Assembly: GCA_018817585.1 (NCBI GenBank)
Contig: JAHITE010000081.1
Span: 68,549-132,548, forward strand
Direction: 5' to 3'
Length of the DNA: 64,000 nt
From: Candidatus Omnitrophota bacterium
GTDB lineage: Bacteria; Omnitrophota; Gorgyraeia; B26-G9
Part shown: piece after piece, positions 19,857 to 28,143 of the stretch
Position numbering within the stretch: the first letter of the stretch is position 1
Layout of the letters: each line of letters begins with the position of its first letter
Notes under the pieces: model-generated
What the model saw: only the letters and a program-made list of their open reading frames with translations
What the model was told of the DNA's origin: nothing
Databases searched by the model: none
Program-made: the position numbers and the translations under genes

Positions 19857-20636
19857 CTAATAATTCTTATATGGTTCATAAAATATTACATTTGAAAAAT
19901 TGTGCAAATCGTTAACCCCTTTTATGTTCGGATCAATAGCAAGATGAAATTCAACATTCGGATGCTTCAAAATAAGTTTCCTTATAATATAAGGTTCCTG
20001 AGAAAACAGATGATGGGTTTTCGTAGGAGTTTTTTTACTCTTATCAAAATAATGTGATTTATCTGACGTAAAGAAATCAAAACCAGTAATGATTATTTTC
20101 TTAGGCTGCAAATCAAGAGCCAACATTATGGACATAAGGCCAGTACTTGCAACAGGCCATTTGTAGCCCAGGATTTTAAATATACGGCTTCCAACGATAG
20201 TATAGGTAAAAAATTTTATAAAGCTTAATATCTCGTTTGCGGAGGTTACGTTAAAAAAATAATAGCTATTGGGTATGAATATTTTATACGAGTGGAAATA
20301 TTTACTGCCATCAAAAATATCTTGCCGCCAATTGCTTCCATAGTTTATATTGGGGATTGAAGACCATATTATTTTGATGCCATTGTTTATTAAATATTCG
20401 GGGGTTTTCATGAGATCTTTTTTATGAAAATTCGTCACAAATACATCAGTTTTCGTACCAATAAATGATGTATACTCTTTTTTGATTTGAAAATTATTCA
20501 TTCTGAGCACGCAAGAATAATTATCGATCAGAGTACCGATTCTATAGTAAAGCGCAGATGGAGCATTCCCAATAACTGCTATAGTATCAGTTTTGCACTC
20601 TTCCTTTATTTTATTCCAACAATTAATCATTAACAT
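19857..20636 (-). CDS. CstII-like / GT29-like sialyltransferase-family glycosyltransferase (GT42-related)
   Basis: 259 aa. Sialylmotif-L-like AVIGNAPSALYYRIGTLIDNYSCVLRMNNF followed by IGTKT. Sialylmotif-S-like PVASTGLMSIMLALDLQPKKIIITGFDFF. Motif-III-like SHYFD. VS-like HHLFSQE (H-x4-E). Collinear with Campylobacter CstII (IAGNGPSL...FDVFRCNQF...SGIDFY...NSHY). Confidence 0.55.
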   Translation of the reverse strand: MLMINCWNKIKEECKTDTIAVIGNAPSALYYRIGTLIDNYSCVLRMNNFQIKKEYTSFIGTKTDVFVTNFHKKDLMKTPEYLINNGIKIIWSSIPNINYGSNWRQDIFDGSKYFHSYKIFIPNSYYFFNVTSANEILSFIKFFTYTIVGSRIFKILGYKWPVASTGLMSIMLALDLQPKKIIITGFDFFTSDKSHYFDKSKKTPTKTHHLFSQEPYIIRKLILKHPNVEFHLAIDPNIKGVNDLHNFSNVIFYEPYKNY

Positions 20637-20679
20637 ATTATATTTTCAATTGTAGTTATACTTATTTTGAGAATTTAAT

Positions 20680-21552
20680 TCATTGACTAAGCATGTAATT
20701 GACTTCGCTTTTACCCATTACGGGTTGAGAAAATAAAAATTCTTGAAATTCTTTAAAAACAGTAGGATTAGACAATGACCATTTTATGCTTCTTTCTATT
20801 TGTCTTTTGGTACTGCATATTTTTATCGGCAATTTACTCCATTCAATTAGCGATTCTATTTTATTTGAATTGCTAATTAAAGGTACCACTGGTATTCCTG
20901 CTAATCCAGCAGCATATAGACCATGATGTTGACCCGTAACGTATAACTTACATTTTTTTAAGGTCGCTATCACATCTTCAAAAGGTAAATCTAAATAAAG
21001 TTTTGGATAAGGAAAGCGCAATAGCAATTTTTTCATGCTGATCATCTTAGGAAACGAAAATTTTCTTGTGTCCCAATGAGCTCCACCTATGACTATTTCT
21101 TCTTCAAATTTGGCTACACCACTATTTCTAAACATAGGATCAGCACATAAATCCAAAAATAATTTAGGTTTCCCTCTACATTTTCTAGCATTCTCTAAAC
21201 TAATAATGTCTCTAACTGAAAAATAATTCAATTTTTCTAAAACATCATTATAATATGGTGCTTTCTCTTGGAACAAAGCATTAATAAGAAATGTTTTTTT
21301 GTTCATTTGTTGAGCTGTTCTTAAAGTTGCCATTAAAAAATTTCCTGCATTTGACCTATGATGGATTGTCCCTTCTCCATTCACTAAAACTGCATCGCAA
21401 TCTTTAAATAATCCTACGTCGTATCGAAATTCATTAACCTTATGAATACCTAATATCTCATGACCTCTTAATTTATCATAGATAGATCGCATAACAGCGT
21501 CACTACCAGAGTGAACGATATTCATAGTGTCATTAAATATATATATTTTCAT
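20680..21552 (-). CDS. polysaccharide pyruvyl transferase-like protein (WcaK/CsaB family), tentative
   Basis: 290 aa. Loose family features (N-terminal NIVHSGSDAV, VLVNGEGTI). Sits in the glycan cluster. The call is by resemblance only. Confidence 0.35.
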   Translation of the reverse strand: MKIYIFNDTMNIVHSGSDAVMRSIYDKLRGHEILGIHKVNEFRYDVGLFKDCDAVLVNGEGTIHHRSNAGNFLMATLRTAQQMNKKTFLINALFQEKAPYYNDVLEKLNYFSVRDIISLENARKCRGKPKLFLDLCADPMFRNSGVAKFEEEIVIGGAHWDTRKFSFPKMISMKKLLLRFPYPKLYLDLPFEDVIATLKKCKLYVTGQHHGLYAAGLAGIPVVPLISNSNKIESLIEWSKLPIKICSTKRQIERSIKWSLSNPTVFKEFQEFLFSQPVMGKSEVNYMLSQ

Positions 21553-21585
21553 ATCTCTAAAGTCTTCTATTCCTTATTTCAATAA

Positions 21586-22803
21586 TTATATCGATTCTAT
21601 ATTCACATCACTCTCAGCAATAATTATTCCGTTTTCGCCTAAATTGATTCCGTTCATCCCCTCTGAATTATCTTTCACAAATAAATCGACAATACGACCA
21701 TTAATCCCATAAGTACAAAGAGGATTTAAACGATCCCTTAATCTTACACTAACATGATAGTGCCCATAAGATAGCGATAAATTACCGACATTAAACTTGA
21801 CTTTATATCTTCCTGACCTTAAAGATGATAAAGTATCTCCTGAAACAATATTACAAACCCTTACATCACCTTTCCATAAAATCGCAACAATATTAGGATT
21901 TTTGATGGATATTGTTGTTTGAAATTCTAATTCTAAGTCTATTTGAGAATTTGTTCTTTTTATATTTCCTTTAGTAAAAATTATCGGGTTTTCTTTATCG
22001 ATTGTACTTGTTGGCTCGCTGTTACAACTTTCAATATTACCTATATATTTTCTAATAACTTCCATTGTTTCCCCTTCATCTTTCAACCTTCCATTTGAAA
22101 GATGCATAGTCTTTTTACAAACTCTTTCAATTGCTATCATAGAATGAGATACTAAAATCACTGTTGTCCCAGAATCAAGAAGCTCATTCATACGTCGGAA
22201 ACATTTTATTTGAAAACCCTGATCCCCTACACTTAATATTTCATCTATTAAAAGAATATCCGGTCTGCAATGCACTGCCACAGCAAAACCCAAGCGTACA
22301 AACATACCGCTTGAATAAAATTTAACCGGTGAATCAATAAAATCACCGATATTTGCAAAATCAATTATTGAATCAAACTTTTTATCCACTTCATTTTTAG
22401 ACATTCCCAATATTGCTGCATTAAGATATATATTTTCTCTGCCAGTCAACATAGGATGAAATCCAGCACCTACTTGAATAAGTGCCCCGACTCTGCCACA
22501 GACAGTTATTTTTCCTTTATCCGGCCAAAAAATACCATTAAGCATTTTTAATAAAGTTGTTTTACCTGATCCATTTGGACCGATAATTCCCAGCGTTTCT
22601 CCCCTTTTCAACTCAAAAGATATATCATTTAAGGCCCAGAATTCTTCTTTGCGCAATACTCCCGAGTGAGAACTAAAGCCCAAACTATTTCTTGCAATAT
22701 CAGTTATTCCATGCATCATTGAACGTTTCAGAGATTTACAATATTTTTTTGATACATGTTCTACTTTTATCGCCAAATCACCCATTTTATACCCTCTCGG
22801 CAA
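21586..22803 (-). CDS. wzt: polysaccharide ABC exporter ATP-binding protein Wzt with C-terminal glycan-binding domain
   Basis: 405 aa. ABC NBD (Walker A GIIGPNGSGKTTLLKML, LSVGD, Walker B ILLIDE) plus a roughly 160-aa beta-rich C-terminal extension typical of Wzt_C. Confidence 0.8.
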   Translation of the reverse strand: MPRGYKMGDLAIKVEHVSKKYCKSLKRSMMHGITDIARNSLGFSSHSGVLRKEEFWALNDISFELKRGETLGIIGPNGSGKTTLLKMLNGIFWPDKGKITVCGRVGALIQVGAGFHPMLTGRENIYLNAAILGMSKNEVDKKFDSIIDFANIGDFIDSPVKFYSSGMFVRLGFAVAVHCRPDILLIDEILSVGDQGFQIKCFRRMNELLDSGTTVILVSHSMIAIERVCKKTMHLSNGRLKDEGETMEVIRKYIGNIESCNSEPTSTIDKENPIIFTKGNIKRTNSQIDLELEFQTTISIKNPNIVAILWKGDVRVCNIVSGDTLSSLRSGRYKVKFNVGNLSLSYGHYHVSVRLRDRLNPLCTYGINGRIVDLFVKDNSEGMNGINLGENGIIIAESDVNIESI

Positions 22804-23656
22804 TTCTTGTTTCCGTTAAATGAAAAATCACTAAACAACTGGTAAAAAAAACTAACGATAGTACTACGGATATAAAAAAACCAGTCCAATCCGACTTTGA
22901 ATTCATAATACCCATCAATAGAATATTTCTAGGCACACAAATAAGATAATATAGTATATTATAATTTGTCAGATCGGCGAATGTACCTGATACAGGTTTA
23001 GCATATAAAACAGGGGTCAAAAGCATACAAAAAGTCATAAGGAGTGAAAGAGCATTACCAATATCGCGAAATATCCCATTAAGTAGAGACAAAATAAAGC
23101 CCAACCCCAGAGAAAATAATATGATCGGTAATACAAGTACTGGTAAAAACAAAATTATAATACTAGGCATATGCTGATAATAAATAAATAATATTCCCAA
23201 AAAGACAATCTGGATTATAAAAGAAACTATTGCCTGTCCGAAAGAAGCAATAACCAAGGATTTTTTTGAGAAATTGATCTTTACTATCATCGGGCCAGCT
23301 TTTACAAGAGAATTGGAAGTAGCAATTAAACCCGTAGCGAATAGCTGCCAAAAAGCTATTCCCAAAATAGCATATAATGGATATGGGACTTGGATATTAC
23401 CAAAAGTAAATATTCCTGAACCTTTTAGAATCAAAAATGTCCCCACACTCACTAAAGGAAAAATAAACACCCATACAATTCCAAAGAATGATTGTTTATA
23501 AAGAGTCAAAAAATCCCTTTTGAATAACTGATAACAAAGCCATTGGTTACTTTTAAGTTCATTGAATATTTCTTTAAAAATAGATAAATATCCTTTTTTG
23601 ATCGAATTATCCGGCTCATAAGTAACCATCGTCTCTTTGCTTTGCACCAAATTCAT
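22787..23656 (-). CDS. wzm: ABC-2 type polysaccharide exporter permease Wzm
   Basis: 289 aa, six predicted TM helices, ABC2_membrane architecture. Overlaps wzt by 17 bp. Confidence 0.8.
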   Translation of the reverse strand: MNLVQSKETMVTYEPDNSIKKGYLSIFKEIFNELKSNQWLCYQLFKRDFLTLYKQSFFGIVWVFIFPLVSVGTFLILKGSGIFTFGNIQVPYPLYAILGIAFWQLFATGLIATSNSLVKAGPMIVKINFSKKSLVIASFGQAIVSFIIQIVFLGILFIYYQHMPSIIILFLPVLVLPIILFSLGLGFILSLLNGIFRDIGNALSLLMTFCMLLTPVLYAKPVSGTFADLTNYNILYYLICVPRNILLMGIMNSKSDWTGFFISVVLSLVFFTSCLVIFHLTETRIAERV

Positions 23657-23775
23657 AAATACCCCTTATTTGTGAAGCGGAAAAAGCTCAAGCCTACCTA
23701 AAACATTGCTTACTTTTTTATGCATCTTCTCAACATCCTTTAAAAGAAAAGAATTGGATATTTTCAATAAGCTCA

Positions 23776-24660
23776 TTATCTTTTATTTACAAAACCGATG
23801 AGCCAGACATAAAACATATATTTAAGATCAAAAGGAGATAAATCTAAAGCCATTTCCAAATATTTCCGGCTTTTTGCTTTATTGTTATTTTTGTAAAAAC
23901 CCCGGCCTAAAATATAATAATATTTGGCCAGCAGTTTAGGATAAAGCAAAAACTCTTTTGAGAATTTTTTAATAATTCTTTCCAGAGCTTCATTAAAATC
24001 ATTAGATTTTTCGGATATCGCGTCTGGCGTTCTATAAACCAGGACTAATGGCTGATTAATATAAAAAACCTTGTACTTTTTAGCTAAGCGCAGCCAAAGT
24101 TCCCAATCCTGTAAGCAAGGCAGTTTTTCATCAAACATTCCTAATCGTCGCAAACAGGTACTGCGAAGCAGAACATGAATCGTCAGAAAATTTCCAAATA
24201 AAAGATTTTTATAAATATCTCCGCTGCGTTTAAGCCCAAGACTCCTATCTGGGAAAAAAACTTTTCTTTTTGATTGAACCTTCCAAACCGCGGAATAAAC
24301 CACGCCCAGATCATCTGGAGCATTCTTTAAAACCTTAACCTGCTTTTCCAATTTTTCCTTTAACCAGACATCATCGCTGTCAGCAAAAGCAATAAACTCA
24401 CCAAAAGCGATTTTCAGGCCTTCATTGCGGGCAAAGGCAGCTCCATTGTGCTTACTTAAAAAAATATACTTAATTCGCGGATCATTAAACCCGGATATAA
24501 TCGGTGCTGTCGCGTCTGTTGAACAGTCATCAATCACAATTAATTCAAAATCTGAATAAGTTTGTTCCAAAATGCTTTTAACTGCGCGGGAAATCAATCC
24601 CGCGCGATTATATGTGGGAAGGACAATACTAACCTTAGGAGCTTTGATTTCAACATTCAT
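23776..24660 (-). CDS. glycosyltransferase family 2
   Basis: 294 aa. VSIVLPTYNRAGLISRAVKSILEQTY, DDCSTDAT. Confidence 0.8.
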   Translation of the reverse strand: MNVEIKAPKVSIVLPTYNRAGLISRAVKSILEQTYSDFELIVIDDCSTDATAPIISGFNDPRIKYIFLSKHNGAAFARNEGLKIAFGEFIAFADSDDVWLKEKLEKQVKVLKNAPDDLGVVYSAVWKVQSKRKVFFPDRSLGLKRSGDIYKNLLFGNFLTIHVLLRSTCLRRLGMFDEKLPCLQDWELWLRLAKKYKVFYINQPLVLVYRTPDAISEKSNDFNEALERIIKKFSKEFLLYPKLLAKYYYILGRGFYKNNNKAKSRKYLEMALDLSPFDLKYMFYVWLIGFVNKR

Positions 24661-24673
24661 TTTTAAAAATATC

Positions 24674-24832
24674 CTATATAGGTAAAGCCTGCTCTTTAAG
24701 CATCACGGGGATATCATCCTTTATCGGAAAAGCCAGCTTACACTGCTGACAGATAAGCTTATCTTGTTTTAATTCAACTGACTGTTTACAAACCGGACAA
24801 GCCAGTATTTCCAACAATTCTTTACTAATCAT
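24674..24832 (-). CDS. Trm112-like small zinc-ribbon protein (UPF0434/YcaR family); absent from the ORF track because it is shorter than 60 aa
   Basis: Minus-strand 52-aa ORF: [52 protein letters not shown]. It has the family-defining LL.ILACP.CK...C..C...YPI.DGIPVLL pattern. The ATG is at 24832. Confidence 0.6.
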   Translation of the reverse strand: MISKELLEILACPVCKQSVELKQDKLICQQCKLAFPIKDDIPVMLKEQALPI

Positions 24833-25000
24833 CAGATACCTCCTTTATTATTTCCGCGCCATTGAATAAAACAAAGCCCCGGCACTGACAAAAAACACTG
24901 AAGCCGCAAACTGGATACAAAAACAAGCGGCAGAACAAGCAATATTGAACAAAAAAACAATGGAACATTCACTTTTTGAATAACTTGAAGCAAATCAGTC

Positions 25001-25038
25001 TTAAACTTAAATATAGCAAACTATATATTTAAGTTTAA
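25001..25038. promoter_or_regulatory. perfect 15-bp inverted repeat (ttaaacttaaatata N8 tatatttaagtttaa), candidate operator
   Basis: Read directly from the sequence. It lies in the 275-bp intergenic region between the secreted hypothetical (stop 25115) and the Trm112-like gene (start 24832). Neither strand has a U-tail after the stem. Confidence 0.4.
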
Positions 25039-25114
25039 TTATATCATAGCATTGAGGAATCTTATAGATTTTTATCGTTGCAAACCCAAACAATTTCCAG
25101 AGTTTAAAAGAAAT

Positions 25115-25786
25115 TTAAAGGATTTTATGACTGTTTAAAGTAGGCAGCGAACCATCTATTGTGAAAAAGATGTTTTCAGAATCCAATAAAAAATTCTTAT
25201 TTCCGCTTTGGCCTGGATTCAGGGGAAAAGCTAATACCTGATAATTCTCCACAGTTTTTTTATAGCGAATATTGTATATTTTTTTAATTTTCGCGTAAAA
25301 TTCAGGCTCGATATTTGCCTGACTGTTTAAAATCAGCGTGTTTAAATCCTGAGGATAAGTTTGCTTATTTTGATTTTCTATCCTGCAGGCATCGCGAATC
25401 TGTTTTAAAAATAAAACAACATTCTGTTCATTAAGATTAATTATCTTTTTATTTTTTTCTAATAAAAAATCATTCCATTCTGTTTCCAGTTTACGCTCAA
25501 TCCCAACCTGATCGATTTCCTTACCTTCCGCTCTTTGCGCGTCCTTCCATTTTTCTATTTCTTTTTGCCGTATTTTCCTTAAATTATCCGGATCTTTTAA
25601 AATCAATTCTTCCCATCGCTGCATTTGGCCTTGGGACATTTCCGCGTTCTTTTCTACTAAAACTTGCAGCTTTTCCATTTCATATCGCTCAGCTTCCGTC
25701 AAACCAGCAAAAACATTTGCCGTAAAAACAAAACCAAAAAAAACTGTAATCCAGCAGTTTTTGATAATCCGCGTACTCAGTCTCAT
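25115..25786 (-). CDS. secreted hypothetical protein (signal peptide; Lys/Glu-rich coiled region; C-terminal pseudopilin-like beta motif)
   Basis: 223 aa. N-terminal signal peptide VFFGFVFTANVFA|G. The C-terminus, ...NFLLDSENIFFTIDGS, is reminiscent of the GspG / H-x9-DG-type C-terminal strand. Confidence 0.4.
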   Translation of the reverse strand: MRLSTRIIKNCWITVFFGFVFTANVFAGLTEAERYEMEKLQVLVEKNAEMSQGQMQRWEELILKDPDNLRKIRQKEIEKWKDAQRAEGKEIDQVGIERKLETEWNDFLLEKNKKIINLNEQNVVLFLKQIRDACRIENQNKQTYPQDLNTLILNSQANIEPEFYAKIKKIYNIRYKKTVENYQVLAFPLNPGQSGNKNFLLDSENIFFTIDGSLPTLNSHKIL

Positions 25787-25798
25787 GAAAAACTCCTT

Positions 25799-26281
25799 TT
25801 AATAAACCTTGCTCTTCGAAAATTTAGCCCAAGAGGTAAACAATTCAATATTTTCTTTAATCAATACATTTTTAATTAACTTAATATTGCTTGCTCCGTT
25901 TTTTTTCATTTTAAGGTTGGAAATTGCCAGCTCATTAAAACCGGCTTTTTTCGCGTCTTTAATTCCCGCTCCATAAACAATTGTCTTAATCCCTGCCCAA
26001 TGCGCGGCGGAAAAGCACATGGGACAAGGCTCACAGGTAGAATACAGCGTTGCGCCTGCCAGGCTGATTGATTTATTTCTTTTACAAGCCAAGCGGATAG
26101 CCACAATCTCAGCATGCGCGGTAATGTCTGTGGATACCCATACTTTATTATGGGCCAAGGCAATAATCAGATTGTTTTTTACAATACACGCCCCGAAAGG
26201 AGTCTGACCTTTCCTGATCCCTTTTTGGGCACAGTTTATTGCTTTATTCATAAAATATTCATTTTTAGTAGATTCCGGCAT
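25799..26281 (-). CDS. tadA: CMP/dCMP-type zinc deaminase, tRNA adenosine deaminase TadA-like (guanine deaminase not excluded)
   Basis: 160 aa. HAEIVAIRLAC ... TLYSTCEPCPMCFSAA (H-A-E and PC..C zinc ligands). Confidence 0.7.
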   Translation of the reverse strand: MPESTKNEYFMNKAINCAQKGIRKGQTPFGACIVKNNLIIALAHNKVWVSTDITAHAEIVAIRLACKRNKSISLAGATLYSTCEPCPMCFSAAHWAGIKTIVYGAGIKDAKKAGFNELAISNLKMKKNGASNIKLIKNVLIKENIELFTSWAKFSKSKVY

Positions 26282-26341
26282 TTTTCCTTTTTAAAACCAG
26301 GTTTTAGATTATTCAGATCGAATTTTGTTTATAAATAATGC

Positions 26342-26698
26342 TTATTTGTAGACATCACAGCCAGGACATCTCCAATCAGTTCCTTCAATCCGCTGCGGAT
26401 GCTGCTCACATTTAAGATTAATCGCGCCAAAGTCATGATAACTAATACACTCTTTTACAAAAGCCTCATAAGAATTTTTAGTAAAAGCATATTTAAAAAA
26501 CATACAATCGCTTTTTCTAAACACCCAGTCTTTAAGAGTTTCGTTTAAATTTTTATCCGAACGCCCGACATAAACCACAACAAAATTAACATCCGCAATA
26601 TAGCCTAAAGCAAAAGCGCCTGGCTGCATCGAGGTTACAACTTCGTCAATTTTATCGGGTATGAGCAGATAAGGCCCTTCCATATTAAGTGACGCCAT
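26342..26698 (-). CDS. hypothetical protein with C-terminal Cys cluster (C..H...WRCPGC)
   Basis: 118 aa. Weak GIY-YIG-like spacing in LGYIADVNFVVVYVGRSD. C-terminal CEQH...CPGC is a putative Zn ribbon. No confident family. Confidence 0.35.
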   Translation of the reverse strand: MASLNMEGPYLLIPDKIDEVVTSMQPGAFALGYIADVNFVVVYVGRSDKNLNETLKDWVFRKSDCMFFKYAFTKNSYEAFVKECISYHDFGAINLKCEQHPQRIEGTDWRCPGCDVYK

Positions 26699-27013
26699 TT
26701 ATTTCCTCCTGGCAATTTTTTTAAATAAATATTTTTTAGCTTCTTCCACACTACTGCAAGTTTTAATCTCAACATGCTTAGAATAGTGAAATAATGACAT
26801 TTAAACCACCTAATTCCTCTCCCTGCTTAGCATCAAATATCCCGGAGAAATGCAGAGAGATCATATTAGCCAAACTGTCAACTTCAATTCTGAACATAAA
26901 CATCTCCGATTTTATCTATTGAATTATCCCATCATTATCTTACTGCTCGAATAAGCATTTATCAAGTCAAAACTTTGTTTAGCCTGATTATCCGCGGAAA
27001 AAGCTTAATTTAC

Positions 27014-27042
27014 TTGCCATATTTTTAAATCTGCCATATAAT
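27014..27042 (+). promoter_or_regulatory. sigma70-type promoter (TTGCCA - 17 bp - TATAAT) positioned for a leaderless thpR transcript
   Basis: TTGCCA at 27014-27019, a 17-nt spacer and a perfect TATAAT at 27037-27042. Only 7 nt separate the -10 from the ATG at 27050. There is no Shine-Dalgarno. Confidence 0.45.
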
Positions 27043-27049
27043 AAATTTT

Positions 27050-27616
27050 ATGAAAAATACTATCCGCGGATTCATTGCTCTGGAATTAAGCCCAAAGCTA
27101 CGAGAAGAGCTTGAAAAAATTCAAAAAAAACTAAAACATCTTTCCGGTGAAATTTCCTGGACTATCCCGAATAATCTGCATCTTAGTGTATATTTTCTAG
27201 GAAATATTTCTCAGGAACAAATCAGCATTGTTAAGGCAATTAAAGAAAACATTGCTAAAAAAATAAAAAGTTTTCCCATTGCTTTAGGGGTATTAGGTGT
27301 TTTCCCATTTAAACAAGAACATCAGGTTCTTTGGGCTGGAATAAGCAGCGGCTACAGCCAAATAACTCAAATCAACACCTTATTTTCAAAAGAATTAAAA
27401 GCAATAAACATCAAAGCCGGTGATAAACACTTTCATCCTCATATTACCCTGGCTCGAATAAAATCACTTCAGAATAAAACCGAACTTACTGAAATCATTG
27501 ACAATATGAAACTAAGCATTGCTAATGAAGAACTGCACAAATTAGTTTTATATAAAAGTGAATTAAACAGTAGTGGCGCTATTTATTCTAAGATTTCAGA
27601 AGTGGAATTGGGATAG
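27050..27616 (+). CDS. thpR: RNA 2',3'-cyclic phosphodiesterase ThpR/LigT (2H phosphoesterase)
   Basis: 188 aa with two H-x-(T/S)-x motifs (HLSVYF and HITLAR) at the appropriate spacing. Confidence 0.75.
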   Translation: MKNTIRGFIALELSPKLREELEKIQKKLKHLSGEISWTIPNNLHLSVYFLGNISQEQISIVKAIKENIAKKIKSFPIALGVLGVFPFKQEHQVLWAGISSGYSQITQINTLFSKELKAINIKAGDKHFHPHITLARIKSLQNKTELTEIIDNMKLSIANEELHKLVLYKSELNSSGAIYSKISEVELG

Positions 27617-27675
27617 CTTGAAATAACCTTAAGTTTTGACTATTAGAATCTAACTCTAAATTAATCATCCATTTT

Positions 27676-28143
27676 TTAACCAAATAATTTAATCAAATGA
27701 TTTATTACTTTTAAAAAAATAATCGCGTAGCCAGCGGCAGCAAGATCATCAAGCATTATCCCGGCACTGCCTTTAATCTTTTCTAACCGCTTTATCTGAA
27801 ATGGTTTAATAATGTCAAACAGCCTAAACAAAACAAATCCGGCAATTACATTAAATAAGCTGATTTTCACAAAACAATAACATAAAAGCATGCCGCTTAC
27901 TTCATCAATCACAATACAAGACGGATCTTTTTGGGAAAATACTTTCTCCGCTAAGCCGCAAAAAACAAACCCCAACAGCGTAATAATAATTGTCGCCAGA
28001 ATAACCGCAAGGCTGCTCTTGCCTAAGCAAAGAAAGATAATAACCCCGGCTAATGATCCAAATGTCCCTGGCATATACGGAACATATCCCAGGTAAAAAA
28101 AAGTCACAATCAGTTTAGTGAGTTTTTCAGTTTTTAAATTCAT
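27676..28143 (-). CDS. pgpA: phosphatidylglycerophosphatase A
   Basis: 155 aa. FFYLGYVPYMPGTFGSLAGV..., the PgpA family signature. Polytopic. Confidence 0.75.
   Translation of the reverse strand: MNLKTEKLTKLIVTFFYLGYVPYMPGTFGSLAGVIIFLCLGKSSLAVILATIIITLLGFVFCGLAEKVFSQKDPSCIVIDEVSGMLLCYCFVKISLFNVIAGFVLFRLFDIIKPFQIKRLEKIKGSAGIMLDDLAAAGYAIIFLKVINHLIKLFG

Noticed and set aside
23163-23501. ORFs 23163..23351(-) and 23274..23501(+) inside wzm
   Set aside because: They are nested in or antisense to the Wzm permease gene, which has a clear six-TM translation. Alternative-frame artefacts.
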